A program made the position numbers and the translations under genes. Below the pieces are notes generated by a model. That model did no database searches. It was not told the origin of the DNA and worked only from the letters and a program-made list of their open reading frames with translations. A DNA stretch of 64,000 nt from an uncultured cyanobacterium (GTDB taxonomy: Bacteria; Cyanobacteriota; Cyanobacteriia; PCC-9006; JAAUQQ01), in assembly GCA_963718615.1 (NCBI GenBank), contig OY970368.1, forward strand, positions 3,936,001-4,000,000, in the 5' to 3' direction. Below, piece by piece: positions 42,530 through 52,840 of the stretch (position 1 is the first letter of the stretch; each line of letters starts with the position of its first letter).

Positions 42530-45040
42530 TTAATCCTCCTGAAGTTCCAAGACCGAGACCCAGACAATTTGTTCACTACGATCCGGCTGGACTAACCGCG
42601 TGCCGCTGCTATCCTTGCCGTAGATTTCGATTTGCTCTAGGCCAATATGGGCGACTCGCTCTTGGTTAGTCATCACCGTGACGATCGCTGCAGCACTATC
42701 CACTGCTGCCGAACGCCTCAGGGCTGCAAGGCTATCACTCTTGAGCGCAAACTTAAAGCCTGAATTGCCCAAGTCTCCGCAATTGCCAGGTGAGAGCAAT
42801 CCCACCGGCATACGTTTCATATAGCCCTTGGCCGAAACCAGCAACAACTCATCGCTACTGCTGACCACCGCACAGCCCACGATGGCTTCCGTTGATCGCA
42901 TGCGAATGCCCTTCACCCCTTGGTTATTGCGATTGGCTTGGGGTAATTGGTGATCATCAATAGTGAACCGCAAGATACGCCCGCCGGAGGTGGCGAGTAC
43001 GAGGGATTGGCCAGCTTGGGCGATCGCCACAAACTGCACCTCATCCCCATCCTTGAGCTTGGTCAAGGTCAATCCCCGTCCCGTCAAATTGGCACAGTCG
43101 GTCAAGGGCAAGCGCTTAACTCGTCCCTTCTGGGTGACCAAGATCAGGTCTTGATCCTCAACGTCTTCGGGCAACAGGAAACTCGCAATGATCGCCTCAG
43201 GTTCACCATGCAACGCTTCCGGCAAGAAGGTCACCAGCGGATCCCCCCGACCCTTGCGCTTGACCAGCATGACCTCATCCACCCCGAAAGAATACGCCTT
43301 GCCATCGCGGGTAAAGGCCAAAATCGCTTGCTCCGGCTGGGCAATTTCTAGCTGAGCCGTAAAATCTTCGGCGGCTTCTAAGGTGGCGTTGGCTTCCGGC
43401 AGACCCTGGCGTTTGTAGCTGCGCAGCGTCAGCCGTCGCAAATAGCTGCGATGACTCAGCTCTAGGGCGGTGGGGTCTTCAACCTGTCCGCCTTCCACAA
43501 AGGTTTCCGCAATTTCTTGGACCTGCTGGGCAGCGGCTTCTTTGGTTTGGATGCGGGTGCGGCGGGGGGTGTCGTACTGACGCTTGAGCGCTCGTAGATC
43601 CTTTTTGAGGGATTTGAGGAGTTCGTGGCGATCGCCCAAGAGCTTTTCCAGCCGCGCAATTTCCGTTTCTAGTTCATCCTGTTCATCCCGCAGCTTTTGT
43701 TGTTCAATGCCCGTGATTCGTCGCATGGGCATCGCCAAAATCGCATCGGATTGGCGATCATTGAGGTCAAATTCCACCTGGAACTGAGCCTTGGCCGTGG
43801 GGGCATCGGGGGCATCCCGCAGGATTTCGATCAGGCGATCAAGATCCCCCAGGGCTTTCAGTATCCCATCCACGATTTCCAAGCGGTCTGCGGCCTGGTT
43901 CATCGCGTAGGTATAGCGCCGGGTGAGCGTGGCTTCGCGAAACTTGAGAAACTCCTCCAAAATTGCCTTGAGCGTGAGCTGCACCGGCTGGCCATCCACC
44001 AAGGTCAGCAAAATAGAGCCAAAGTTAGACTGCAAAGCTGTTTTTTGATAGAGCGCCTGCAAAATTTGGGCGGGGTTGCCCTCGCGCTTGACTTCGATCA
44101 CGACCCGCATGCCATCGCGATCGCTTTCATCTCGAATATCCGCAATCCCTTCCAGTTTCCCGTGGTTGACCAGCTCCGCCACTTTTTCGATCCAAGCGGC
44201 CTTATTCACCTGGTAGGGCAGCTCGGTAATGATAATCGCCGGACGACGATGGCGACCCCGACCGGGCTGAACCTCTTCCACCGTGGCTACACCACGAATC
44301 GTAATACTTCCCCGCCCTTGGGTGTAGGTACTGACGACGCCCTCCAGGCCGATAATCTCGCCACCGGTTGGAAAGTCTGGCCCCGGAACGATCTTCATCA
44401 AGGCCGCATCGGTCAGATCGGGACGATCGATCAACGCAATCAAGCCATCGACAATTTCCCCCAAATTGTGGGGCGGAATATTCGTCGCCATCCCCACGGC
44501 AATGCCCGAACAGCCATTCAGCAGCAAAAACGGTAGCTGGGCCGGAAGCACCACGGGCTCCTGCTGGGAATTGTCAAAGTTGTCGGTGAATTCGACCGTG
44601 TCTTCCCCAATTTCTCCCAGCATTCCCTCATGGCTAATGGGAGCCAGCCGCGTTTCGGTGTAGCGCATGGCCGCCGGCGGATCATTATCCACGGAGCCAA
44701 AGTTGCCATGGCCGCCCAGGAGTGGATAGCGACAGTTAAAATCTTGAACCAACCGCACCAGCGCATCGTAAACCGACTGATCGCCATGGGGATGATACTT
44801 ACCCAACACATCCCCGACCACGCGGGCGCATTTGCGGTAGGGCCGATCCGGTGTCAAACCCAGCTCATGCATGGCGTAGAGAATCCGCCGCTGGACCGGC
44901 TTGAGACCATCGCGCACATCCGGTAGCGCCCGCCCTACGATGACACTCATGGCGTACTCCAGGTAAGAGCGCTGCATTTCTTGGTGCAGGGCAATGGGCA
45001 CTACCCGTTCATTGCCTAGGAGGTTTAACTGGTCAGCCAT
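42530..45040 (-). CDS. DNA gyrase/topoisomerase IV subunit A, second paralogue
   Basis: [34 protein letters not shown]; beta-pinwheel C-terminal domain with no recognisable QRRGGKG GyrA-box. Confidence 0.92.
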   Translation of the reverse strand: MADQLNLLGNERVVPIALHQEMQRSYLEYAMSVIVGRALPDVRDGLKPVQRRILYAMHELGLTPDRPYRKCARVVGDVLGKYHPHGDQSVYDALVRLVQDFNCRYPLLGGHGNFGSVDNDPPAAMRYTETRLAPISHEGMLGEIGEDTVEFTDNFDNSQQEPVVLPAQLPFLLLNGCSGIAVGMATNIPPHNLGEIVDGLIALIDRPDLTDAALMKIVPGPDFPTGGEIIGLEGVVSTYTQGRGSITIRGVATVEEVQPGRGRHRRPAIIITELPYQVNKAAWIEKVAELVNHGKLEGIADIRDESDRDGMRVVIEVKREGNPAQILQALYQKTALQSNFGSILLTLVDGQPVQLTLKAILEEFLKFREATLTRRYTYAMNQAADRLEIVDGILKALGDLDRLIEILRDAPDAPTAKAQFQVEFDLNDRQSDAILAMPMRRITGIEQQKLRDEQDELETEIARLEKLLGDRHELLKSLKKDLRALKRQYDTPRRTRIQTKEAAAQQVQEIAETFVEGGQVEDPTALELSHRSYLRRLTLRSYKRQGLPEANATLEAAEDFTAQLEIAQPEQAILAFTRDGKAYSFGVDEVMLVKRKGRGDPLVTFLPEALHGEPEAIIASFLLPEDVEDQDLILVTQKGRVKRLPLTDCANLTGRGLTLTKLKDGDEVQFVAIAQAGQSLVLATSGGRILRFTIDDHQLPQANRNNQGVKGIRMRSTEAIVGCAVVSSSDELLLVSAKGYMKRMPVGLLSPGNCGDLGNSGFKFALKSDSLAALRRSAAVDSAAAIVTVMTNQERVAHIGLEQIEIYGKDSSGTRLVQPDRSEQIVWVSVLELQED

Positions 45041-45134
45041 GGGTGTTCTATCCGCAGGGGAGCGTTCTGTTTAGTTTTATAGTACTGAAGTATCAGATTC
45101 TTGGCGATCGCCGCAGCGATCACCGCAAAGGCCG

Positions 45135-45194
45135 CCACAGAGATTGGTACCGAGATTGGCACCAAGATTAGCGCAGAAATTCGCACAGAAGTCC
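45135..45194. repeat. Five degenerate 12-bp tandem units in the topoisomerase/response-regulator intergenic region
   Basis: CCACAGAGATTG GTACCGAGATTG GCACCAAGATTA GCGCAGAAATTC GCACAGAAGTCC. Confidence 0.7.
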
Positions 45195-45362
45195 CCAGGG
45201 AGAGGAACTTCAAGGGTTATCTCGTGGCCTAGCATAGCGAATGATACCTTTTCTGTGCAGTGAGCATGGCGTTTTCGGTTAAAAATAGAAGCCAGTAGCT
45301 CCTGCTTTTTGCCGACCCATTGGCAATCGGTGGTAGCCCCATGACCCTAAACGGACAGCACC

Positions 45363-45752
45363 ATGGCTACGGTTCTTATTGTTGAAGACGACAAGGCGAA
45401 TATTCTCGTCTTCTCAAAAATTCTCAAAAAACGCGCTGGACTGGAGGTTCGAGCCACGGAAGATGTGGAGGAGGTGGTCCAGTTGGCCGAATCGGGTGAG
45501 ATTGATTTGATTTTGATGGATGTGGCGCTATCGCGCAGTACCTATCAAGGTAAATCGATCGATGGCATTAAAATTACGCAACTGCTGAAGTCGAAGCCGG
45601 AAACGCAAAATCTACCGATTATTCTGGTGACGGCCCATGCCATGCGGGGCGATCGCGAGAATTTTCTCAACCAAAGCGGGGCAAACGACTATATTTCAAA
45701 GCCCGTGGTGGACCAACAGGAGTTTGTAGATAAGATTTTGGCGTTAATTTGA
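45363..45752 (+). CDS. Single-domain response regulator (CheY/DivK-like)
   Basis: VLIVEDD, ILMDV, VTAHAM.GD, KP. Confidence 0.9.
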   Translation: MATVLIVEDDKANILVFSKILKKRAGLEVRATEDVEEVVQLAESGEIDLILMDVALSRSTYQGKSIDGIKITQLLKSKPETQNLPIILVTAHAMRGDRENFLNQSGANDYISKPVVDQQEFVDKILALI

Positions 45753-45896
45753 CCGGTTGCCCTGCGATCGCGTCAGCAGCGTCCGTTTGCCAAAGCTCAG
45801 CATACTTAGTCCAGAGGTCAGACACATCTGCTTCGTCAACCTGCTTCGTAAACCCAACATGCCTTGGGCCGGATTGCTCAGTTTTACATCCTCACC

Positions 45897-46442
45897 CTAG
45901 GTTTCAGAGGTATAGCCTTGCTCTTGCAACTCTCGTATAATCCGCTCACCCAACTGAGTCCCCCAAGCCTCACCGGCAGCTTGAGATTCTTGAATCAGGA
46001 CAGGCGTTTTTTGAATTAAGGCTGCGCCTTCAGGGGTTTTGTAAAAGGCGATCGCCGCTGTCAGTTCCGCATCCGTTAAATTTTTTGCAAAAACCGGAAT
46101 CAGTGCCTCAACGAGTGCATTCTCATCAATCTCGGCGAGTAATTTCTCGAAAAAAACAGCCGGGACCTGAGGATAGGCGTCTTGAAAAAGCGGAATTAAC
46201 GGGGCTACCATTTGCGTGGCCGTGGCCGTGGCTTGCGTCACGGCGAGATATTCCCGAATGAGCTGCTCTTTCTCTGCTGAAATAGGGGCGGCGGAGCCTT
46301 GCTGACTCTGGCTGAGGAAGGTTTTGCTCGTGGGTTGTTGAGCGAACTGTTGCGTCGAAGCAGGTCCCAAATCCTGCGCAAGCGTGGGCTGCGCCAAAGT
46401 TCCGATCAGGAGCATCGCTGCGCAAGATAAGACAGATTTCAT
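45897..46442 (-). CDS. DUF2059 family secreted protein
   Basis: Signal peptide; LT.AEL.A.IAFYKTPEG...I.K.P. Confidence 0.8.
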   Translation of the reverse strand: MKSVLSCAAMLLIGTLAQPTLAQDLGPASTQQFAQQPTSKTFLSQSQQGSAAPISAEKEQLIREYLAVTQATATATQMVAPLIPLFQDAYPQVPAVFFEKLLAEIDENALVEALIPVFAKNLTDAELTAAIAFYKTPEGAALIQKTPVLIQESQAAGEAWGTQLGERIIRELQEQGYTSET

Positions 46443-46565
46443 AGCTGTAGATGAGAGCAACAAAGAATGAGATAAACAAAGGCAGTGCAATCTTAGTTAC
46501 ACCAATATGCAGGCTAAAATCCCAAAATCCGCACTGATCTTAATAATTTGTTTTCCCTTGTCCCC

Positions 46566-47405
46566 TCACAAAAGACTATCCATCAGATCCATGGCTCGAA
46601 TGTCAGCCTCTGAAAGGGCGATCGCCCCCTGGGGTTGGCCATCGCGGGTTGGGTTTGTCCCTATCTGGGTTAAATGAGTTTCGAGTAAGCCCTTCATGGC
46701 GATGAGCTTGAGGCTATTTTCCGCTAGGGTCTTGGCGATCGCCGTCGCTCCCGGCATATACCCCACCGCCCCAATATCCATTAACGCAGCTCGCCGGAGT
46801 TGCAGATCCGGAGCCTCTAGGGCTTGAACCAATCGTTCGCCATACTGGGCCTGACCCGTGAGCTGGTAAAGCGATCGCGCCGCTGCATACTGCACCTTTT
46901 CCATAAAGTGCTCTAAAAATGGCTCAATCAACGGAACTGCTTCCGTCGCCCGCAAACTGCCTAGCGCTTCTAAAATCAAATCGTAGGGTTGGCACAAATG
47001 GGGTTTACCGGGCAACATCGTCGCCGCTTCGACCCCCCCGTTTAGAAGCGCCATCAAGGGTCTGACGGCACTGAGATCTCCCAATTCCCCTAGGGATTCG
47101 CTTGCGGCTCCTCGCACGTAGTAATCTTCGCAATCTAGACAGAGGAGAAGGGGCGGTACCGCTTTGCGATCGCCCAATTTCCCCAATGCTCTCGCCGCAT
47201 TGCGCCGCAGCGGATATCCTCCATCGGGCGAGCGATTGTCCTCGTCACTCAGGGCCGCGATTAATAAATCGATCACCTCCGGCAGATCCACCCGAAACCG
47301 ACCCAGCCACCAAGCTGCGTAGTAGCGCAGATCGGGGTCTTCCGTTTGTTGGAGGTTGGCGATCGCCTGTTCCAAGGTGAGGGATTCAGCGGAAATTTCA
47401 GTCAT
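46566..47405 (-). CDS. cpcE: Phycocyanin alpha-subunit phycocyanobilin lyase CpcE
   Basis: RYYAAWWLG, DGGYPLRRNAARALGKL, DLQLRRAAL.D.GA.GY, ENSLKLIA; follows cpcA. Confidence 0.92.
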   Translation of the reverse strand: MTEISAESLTLEQAIANLQQTEDPDLRYYAAWWLGRFRVDLPEVIDLLIAALSDEDNRSPDGGYPLRRNAARALGKLGDRKAVPPLLLCLDCEDYYVRGAASESLGELGDLSAVRPLMALLNGGVEAATMLPGKPHLCQPYDLILEALGSLRATEAVPLIEPFLEHFMEKVQYAAARSLYQLTGQAQYGERLVQALEAPDLQLRRAALMDIGAVGYMPGATAIAKTLAENSLKLIAMKGLLETHLTQIGTNPTRDGQPQGAIALSEADIRAMDLMDSLL

Positions 47406-47575
47406 TGAGGTTAGCTATTGGGGTCAGTCATTGGGGTCAGTCGGGGTTACCAATGCTAAAGCCTAGACAGAAGGCTATCCACTAAAAGTCCCTTGGAAAT
47501 AAAATCCCTGAGAAATCCAGCAATAACCTTTTAGCCTAGGCTTCAAATTAAGCTCGGCAAAGCCGCAATCAGCAA

Positions 47576-48064
47576 TTAGCTCAGTGCGTTGATGGCGTAG
47601 TCGAGGTAGGAGTTCGCTTCAACAGCGGGGTCACCAGACAAACCATGGTTTGCTTTGATGTACTTCAGCGCTTCAACATACCAGCTGGGGGAGAGATCAA
47701 AGGTCTTGTTGATCTCGTCGAGACCGGCAAGCAGGTACTCATCCATGGGGCCAGTGCCGCCTGCAACGAGGCAGTAGGTGACCATGCGGAGGTAGTAACC
47801 GATGTCACGAGCGCACTTCGCTTTGCCTTCCGAAGACGCTGCGAAGTTGTTGCCCTGCATTTGGGTGGTGTAGGGGAACTTGCCATAAACGGCTTGAGCT
47901 GCGCCGTTGACCAAGGAGTCAGCCTTGTCGCTCAGTGCTTTAGCGGCTTGCAGACCAGACGTGGCTTGGCGAAAACGGCCAAAGGCAGCCTGCATTTCGG
48001 TGCTGCTCAGGAAACGGCCCTGGGAATCAGCAGCAGCAACCGCTTCGGTAAGAGGAGTTTTCAT
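47576..48064 (-). CDS. cpcA: Phycocyanin alpha subunit
   Basis: [31 protein letters not shown] (Cys84), YAINALS. Confidence 0.98.
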   Translation of the reverse strand: MKTPLTEAVAAADSQGRFLSSTEMQAAFGRFRQATSGLQAAKALSDKADSLVNGAAQAVYGKFPYTTQMQGNNFAASSEGKAKCARDIGYYLRMVTYCLVAGGTGPMDEYLLAGLDEINKTFDLSPSWYVEALKYIKANHGLSGDPAVEANSYLDYAINALS

Positions 48065-48144
48065 TGAACGGATCTCCCAAAAATTTTGCAAGAATTGATT
48101 AACAAAAAGCGCTTAAACAAAGGTCAGATGAAAGGGGACCTGAA

Positions 48145-48663
48145 TTAAGCAACAGCAGCCGCAGCGCGATCGAAGTAGCCACCGATTTCGGAAGCCAGAG
48201 CGCTACAATCGCCGGGGGTGATACCGTTGCGATCGTTAACAAGGTCCATTGCCGCAGACTTCATCTTGCGAACAGCCTCGGACACGGAAGCACCAGGAAC
48301 GCCCAGAGCCAAATAGGTCTCACGCAGACCATTGAGGCAGCGGTCTTCCAGAACGGAAGCGTCACCGGCAAAGGTTGCATAGGTCACGTAGCGCAGGATG
48401 ATTTCCATGTCGCGCAGACAAGCAGCCATGCGACGGTTGGTGTAGGCATTACCACCGGGTGCAATCAAACCAGGTTGCTCAGCAAACAGAGCACGAGCCG
48501 CGTTAGCAACAATTGCGGAAGCGTTGCCGGTCATCCGGTTAACACAGTCCATCCGCTTGCTGCCATCGGAAACCATGGCGTTCAGAGCATCGATTTGAGA
48601 ACCGCTCAGGAACTCACCGCGTGCATCGGCTTGAGCGACCACTTTGGTAAAAGCGTCAAACAT
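48145..48663 (-). CDS. cpcB: Phycocyanin beta subunit
   Basis: [29 protein letters not shown] (Cys82), GDCS (Cys153); GGAGA RBS. Confidence 0.98.
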   Translation of the reverse strand: MFDAFTKVVAQADARGEFLSGSQIDALNAMVSDGSKRMDCVNRMTGNASAIVANAARALFAEQPGLIAPGGNAYTNRRMAACLRDMEIILRYVTYATFAGDASVLEDRCLNGLRETYLALGVPGASVSEAVRKMKSAAMDLVNDRNGITPGDCSALASEIGGYFDRAAAAVA

Positions 48664-49143
48664 TGACTAAATCTCCTAATCTCGATTTCGCTTGACTAAA
48701 AACCAGTCGTAATCCAGTTAGCTTAACCCGCTGGTCAGCGACTTAGGATTACACAAACAGGCTGAGGCCTTCCCGCAACTATGAGCTCGCTCCTGACACT
48801 GCTAGACAATAAACCCCAGAAAATCTGCCTTGAACGACCACAAGATCCATCCGCTACAGAAAACTGAGAATTCTTAGCCTACGCTCTCAGAAGTTTAGAG
48901 ACTCAAGCGTATTGGCGGTAGTTCACTTTCACCTGTTGCTTTAACCCTTCTAGTTACCTTTATACAATGCCAGAGAGCGCCTGTTTGCGCTTGGCCATTA
49001 AGTTTTGTTACCCTGAGCTGGCGTCATGGGGGTAGAGGAATGGGGTTTTTGGGGTTTCTTGACCCGATGCTCTGGGTTCTGTTGCGATCGCCCCATTTGT
49101 TTCAAAACATTAAGAAAAAGGGATCCCGCACAGAAAAAATAGC

Positions 49144-49449
49144 CTAGCCCCGTTCATCAAAACGGCTGTAAAAACTGCCATATTTGCTCCAATAGGTTTG
49201 GAGGGCATGGTGGGGGGTATTGAGGCTAACCTTGGCGCGATAGAGGATCACCTGGCGGTGCTTGCCCATCCACAGCTTTTTGACCGAATCCACCGAGATT
49301 AAAACACCGCCCAGGGCTTCGACACATTCGGTGAAGCGATCGAGGGTTGACGATTCAACGGTTTCAAACCAGAAAAAACTACCGGAGCAAACCAGGTGAT
49401 GACTGCGGATCCAAGCGCGCAATTTTTTTTCGGCTTGAATGGGATACAT
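49144..49449 (-). CDS. cpeR: Phycoerythrin regulator CpeR
   Basis: KKLRAWIRSHHLVCSG.FF.FETV, WMG.HRQVILY.AK.SL; last gene of cpeCDE-S-T. Confidence 0.88.
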   Translation of the reverse strand: MYPIQAEKKLRAWIRSHHLVCSGSFFWFETVESSTLDRFTECVEALGGVLISVDSVKKLWMGKHRQVILYRAKVSLNTPHHALQTYWSKYGSFYSRFDERG

Positions 49450-49508
49450 GACGACTTCGCCTCGGGTGCGAATCGGTAGGGTTAATGGATAACGGTCATG
49501 AATAGCGG

Positions 49509-50174
49509 TCACGAATAGTCTGGAGAAAGCTCATGGGCGTAGCTGCGGACCTTGGTAAACCGCAGAGGGCCGAGGTCAGAACCCCAGATGTGTTCGTGGG
49601 TGTCGAGATCAAAGCCGCGATCGCGACTCACCCAGGTGAATTCGGTTAATTCCACTTCGCTGACCAAATAGGTTTGATGGCCATTGCGGGGAATAATGCA
49701 GCGGTTGCCCGGTTCTACGGCTCCGATAAAGCGATCGCCTTCCCCCAATTCCGTAGGGATCGTATCCCGTCGAAAAATCATGGCGCAGTGACATCGCCGC
49801 ACTAAAACCGCTGGCGTAATCGCAGCCAGAATCTGGTCTTCTCGACTCGCTCCGGCGTAGAGCATGGCGTCTTTAAGACCATAGTTTTCAATGAAAATAC
49901 TGCCATCGGGTTGGGCAACCAAACGATGCACCCCTTGACGGTAGGGGGACCAGAGGTCGTAGTCGTAGGCTTGCTCGGAGTAGAACCCTACAGCGTTAAA
50001 AAAGGCAAAGGGAAGGGGCCGGAAATAAATATGAATTTGGGCAAACTTGGATGGTTCGGCCTGGGCCTGCTGCCAGTTGGTAAATTCCCCGGCCATCCAG
50101 TGGGCCAGGGTCTGCAACGCCATGGGATCAGCACTGGGAAGGGTCTGTAGGCTCTGTACATCGGAGCTGGACAC
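49509..50174 (-). CDS. cpeT: T-type bilin lyase CpeT
   Basis: AGEFTN..QA, YSEQAY, PYRQ, SRDRGFD.....WGS; GTG start coupled to the cpeS stop. Confidence 0.88.
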   Translation of the reverse strand: MSSSDVQSLQTLPSADPMALQTLAHWMAGEFTNWQQAQAEPSKFAQIHIYFRPLPFAFFNAVGFYSEQAYDYDLWSPYRQGVHRLVAQPDGSIFIENYGLKDAMLYAGASREDQILAAITPAVLVRRCHCAMIFRRDTIPTELGEGDRFIGAVEPGNRCIIPRNGHQTYLVSEVELTEFTWVSRDRGFDLDTHEHIWGSDLGPLRFTKVRSYAHELSPDYS

Positions 50175-50725
50175 TAGGCATCCTCCCCGGTTGTGCGGAC
50201 TTCTGAAGCAAAAGAGGCGGTGACGACTCCCTTACCGCTACTGGTGCGAATCAGAGACACCCGAAACCGCACATGGGGGGTGCCAAACCAAATGCGTTCC
50301 TCGGCGGCGGCGCGATCGTAACTCGTCAGCAAGACAAACGTGCCATCTTCCATAAAGTGGTATTCCCCCACCGCAGGCATGGTTTCGGCATACCCCGTCG
50401 AGCGCAGCAATTTGCCACGATTGAGGATGTTGCCGGTTTCCGGATCTAACGTCGGAATTGGCACCAACAAACAGCTTCCCGCAACTGTTTCGTTATCGTC
50501 CCAATCCGACTCCCCCTCCCAAGCCATATGAAAGGGAACCACTGCAGTGGCGGGATCAAAACCGTGGGCCGTGCAAAGCTCAGCCACCGTCGGATCTGTC
50601 GCGGTAACCGCTGTGATATCGATGGTCGACAGAACTTCCTCGGAATGTTGAAACGCGAGGTTGTGACTGCTGCGTTGCGATCGCCAGCGCCCCAAAGAAC
50701 GCTCCACAAAAGTTTCGATGTTCAT
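50174..50725 (-). CDS. cpeS: S-type bilin lyase CpeS
   Basis: F...SLGRWRSQRS.H, W.GESDWD, GYAE, AEERIWF, ASFASEVR; start placed at MNIETF. Confidence 0.88.
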   Translation of the reverse strand: MNIETFVERSLGRWRSQRSSHNLAFQHSEEVLSTIDITAVTATDPTVAELCTAHGFDPATAVVPFHMAWEGESDWDDNETVAGSCLLVPIPTLDPETGNILNRGKLLRSTGYAETMPAVGEYHFMEDGTFVLLTSYDRAAAEERIWFGTPHVRFRVSLIRTSSGKGVVTASFASEVRTTGEDA

Positions 50726-50888
50726 GACATCCCCGCCCGATAAAATGTCTAGGCTAGGTTTGCCCAGATTAGGTTTGCCCAGATTAGGTTTGCGTAGGCT
50801 GGGTTGCGCTGTGCTCAACACCAACCTACGGAGAATAGGATTGAGATAATCCCAAATTCCCTAGGACCGATTCCCTAGGACCGATTCC

Positions 50889-51650
50889 CTAACCAACCTC
50901 AGTAATGCTGAGAATTCGCCCACCACTGCGCTGAATGCTCCGCATGCGGTTGGACATTTGGTTGTAGCTGACCTCGTAGGTGGTGTTTGAACGACGCACG
51001 CGATCGCCCCCACCCGAGGCCACCGTAATCCGAAAACGCTTGCCGGTACTAGAGCCTGCCCCTGAGCCTCGGCGAGCGGGAGCCGAGATTTTGGTGGCGC
51101 GATTGCCTGCCAAATCGCCGATGAGACGGGCCTTGCCACTGGCATCGCTAGTTGCATCCCCGCGAACCAGGGCAAAAGAGCGATTAAACGTCACGTTTTT
51201 CAGTCCCACTTGGGTTTGAGTGGAACGAACATGGGGCACCACATTTTCGCCAAAGTTGCGATTGTATTCAGGGCTATCGAGATAGGAAGAAATTTCTGCC
51301 TCATAGCCATGGGTGTTGTAGATCAACACATGCTCTGCAATTTCGCTTTGGTCTTCGGGGGCACGACCCAGAAAATGTTTAAAATTCAGCTCAATAAAGC
51401 GGTATTGAGAAGAAGATTCAAAAAACTTGCGACGATACAGGTCAGACAAGGCTACCTGACGGACAAATTCGCGTACGGTAATGTCACGGTTGCGCAGTTG
51501 GGATTCTGCATTGTTGAGGCGATCGCTCTCCAGCAAATGGGCATTGCCCAAAACCTGGCGATAAACCGCCCGAATCACATTTTGTAGATCGTCTTCCGTA
51601 GCATTTGGCCAAAGTTCGACCCGCTCGGGGGCACTTACCCATAGGGACAT
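50889..51650 (-). CDS. cpeE: Phycoerythrin rod linker CpeE
   Basis: VIRAVYRQVLGNAH, IELNFKHFLGRAP, CpcD-like C-terminus GGRILSITEV; third linker in the operon. Confidence 0.82.
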   Translation of the reverse strand: MSLWVSAPERVELWPNATEDDLQNVIRAVYRQVLGNAHLLESDRLNNAESQLRNRDITVREFVRQVALSDLYRRKFFESSSQYRFIELNFKHFLGRAPEDQSEIAEHVLIYNTHGYEAEISSYLDSPEYNRNFGENVVPHVRSTQTQVGLKNVTFNRSFALVRGDATSDASGKARLIGDLAGNRATKISAPARRGSGAGSSTGKRFRITVASGGGDRVRRSNTTYEVSYNQMSNRMRSIQRSGGRILSITEVG

Positions 51651-51825
51651 GAAAGTAATCTCCTTTTTAAATTTGGTGTATGCAAAACAGAGAGTTGGGG
51701 TTACCAGCACTGTTCTGCTGATTACCCCATGCAGGCCCGAAGGCAAATGACCGGAAGGGGCGATCGCCCTTCCCTCAAATCAAAACGATCTAAATCAAAA
51801 ACATCCAAATCGAAAACATCAAAAA

Positions 51826-52623
51826 CTAAGCCACTTCCGTAATACTGACAATTCGACCGGAAGTACGGTGAATTTGCTTCAGTTGTGGCGTCATGTTGTC
51901 GCCGTCGACAGTGTAGGTAGTGGTGGCCAAGCGGCGGCGGCTGCCGTTGCGCTGACCGGTTACCACAATCTTGAAGCGCTTGCTCGGGGCATCAACCGCA
52001 CCGCCAACGCCGCCGGAGCGCGGAGCACGGATTTGGGGGGCAGTATTGCTGGCGATCGCCGACACCAGCTTCGATCCCTTCACCGCCTTATCAGTTTCCG
52101 CCGGTCCCCGGAAGAGGGTAAACATGCGGTTGTAGCCCGATTGTTTTTGGCCGACTTGGCTTTGAATTCCGCGATAGAACGGCACGGTGTTTTCGCCAAA
52201 GGCTTGCTGATATTCGTCGCTATCGAGATAGGAATCAATTTCTGCGTCGTAGCCCGCTTCAATGCAACAGCGGATATGTGCCGACGTTTCTTCCTGGGAT
52301 AATGGCGCGCGACCGAGGAGGTGTTTAAAATTCAGCTCCACAAACCGGTAGGGTGCGGAGCTGGAAAAAAAGCGCGTTTTGTAAAAATCAGACTTGGCGA
52401 TCGCCCGCACAAATTCCCGCACCGACAGCGAACCATTTTTAAGCTGCGACTCAGCACTTGTCAGCCGCTCACTTTCCATCAAATGGGCATTCCCCAATAC
52501 CTGGCGATAGGCTGCTCGAATTACCGCTTCTTGGTCTTCATTGCTGCTGCTCGGCCAAAGCTCAAAACGAGTATCAGCAAATGCATCAATGCCGAATCGA
52601 ACGGCGGGTGCAGTACTAACCAT
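51826..52623 (-). CDS. cpeD: Phycoerythrin rod linker CpeD
   Basis: PBS linker domain (AAYRQVLGN, FKHLLGRAP) plus CpcD-like tail; lies between cpeC and cpeE. Confidence 0.8.
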   Translation of the reverse strand: MVSTAPAVRFGIDAFADTRFELWPSSSNEDQEAVIRAAYRQVLGNAHLMESERLTSAESQLKNGSLSVREFVRAIAKSDFYKTRFFSSSAPYRFVELNFKHLLGRAPLSQEETSAHIRCCIEAGYDAEIDSYLDSDEYQQAFGENTVPFYRGIQSQVGQKQSGYNRMFTLFRGPAETDKAVKGSKLVSAIASNTAPQIRAPRSGGVGGAVDAPSKRFKIVVTGQRNGSRRRLATTTYTVDGDNMTPQLKQIHRTSGRIVSITEVA

Positions 52624-52840
52624 GCTTAAAACCTTTCGTTTTTATGTTTTTTGATGATTTTGATAAGGAGAAAAGAGGTTGAGCCACGAGCCGCAAGCTT
52701 GGAGGCACTTGCATCACCCTGACAGGCTTCGTATTTCAACCTCACTCAGACGGACTTAAACCTACCTAGAACAGAGCAGAACCCATGAATAGGTCAGCTT
52801 GATGAATGAATCGCTGAGGACACTAGTCCTAGAAACAGTC

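Noticed and set aside
43697-44536. Plus-strand ORF of 279 aa
   Set aside because: Antisense to the topoisomerase A subunit; no recognisable family
45025-45213. 62-aa hydrophobic ORF upstream of the topoisomerase gene
   Set aside because: Its pattern derives from the 12-bp tandem repeats; no other coding evidence
50726-50824. KPNLG-repeat N-terminal extension of CpeS
   Set aside because: Arises from a 15-bp tandem DNA repeat; family similarity starts at MNIETF (50725)
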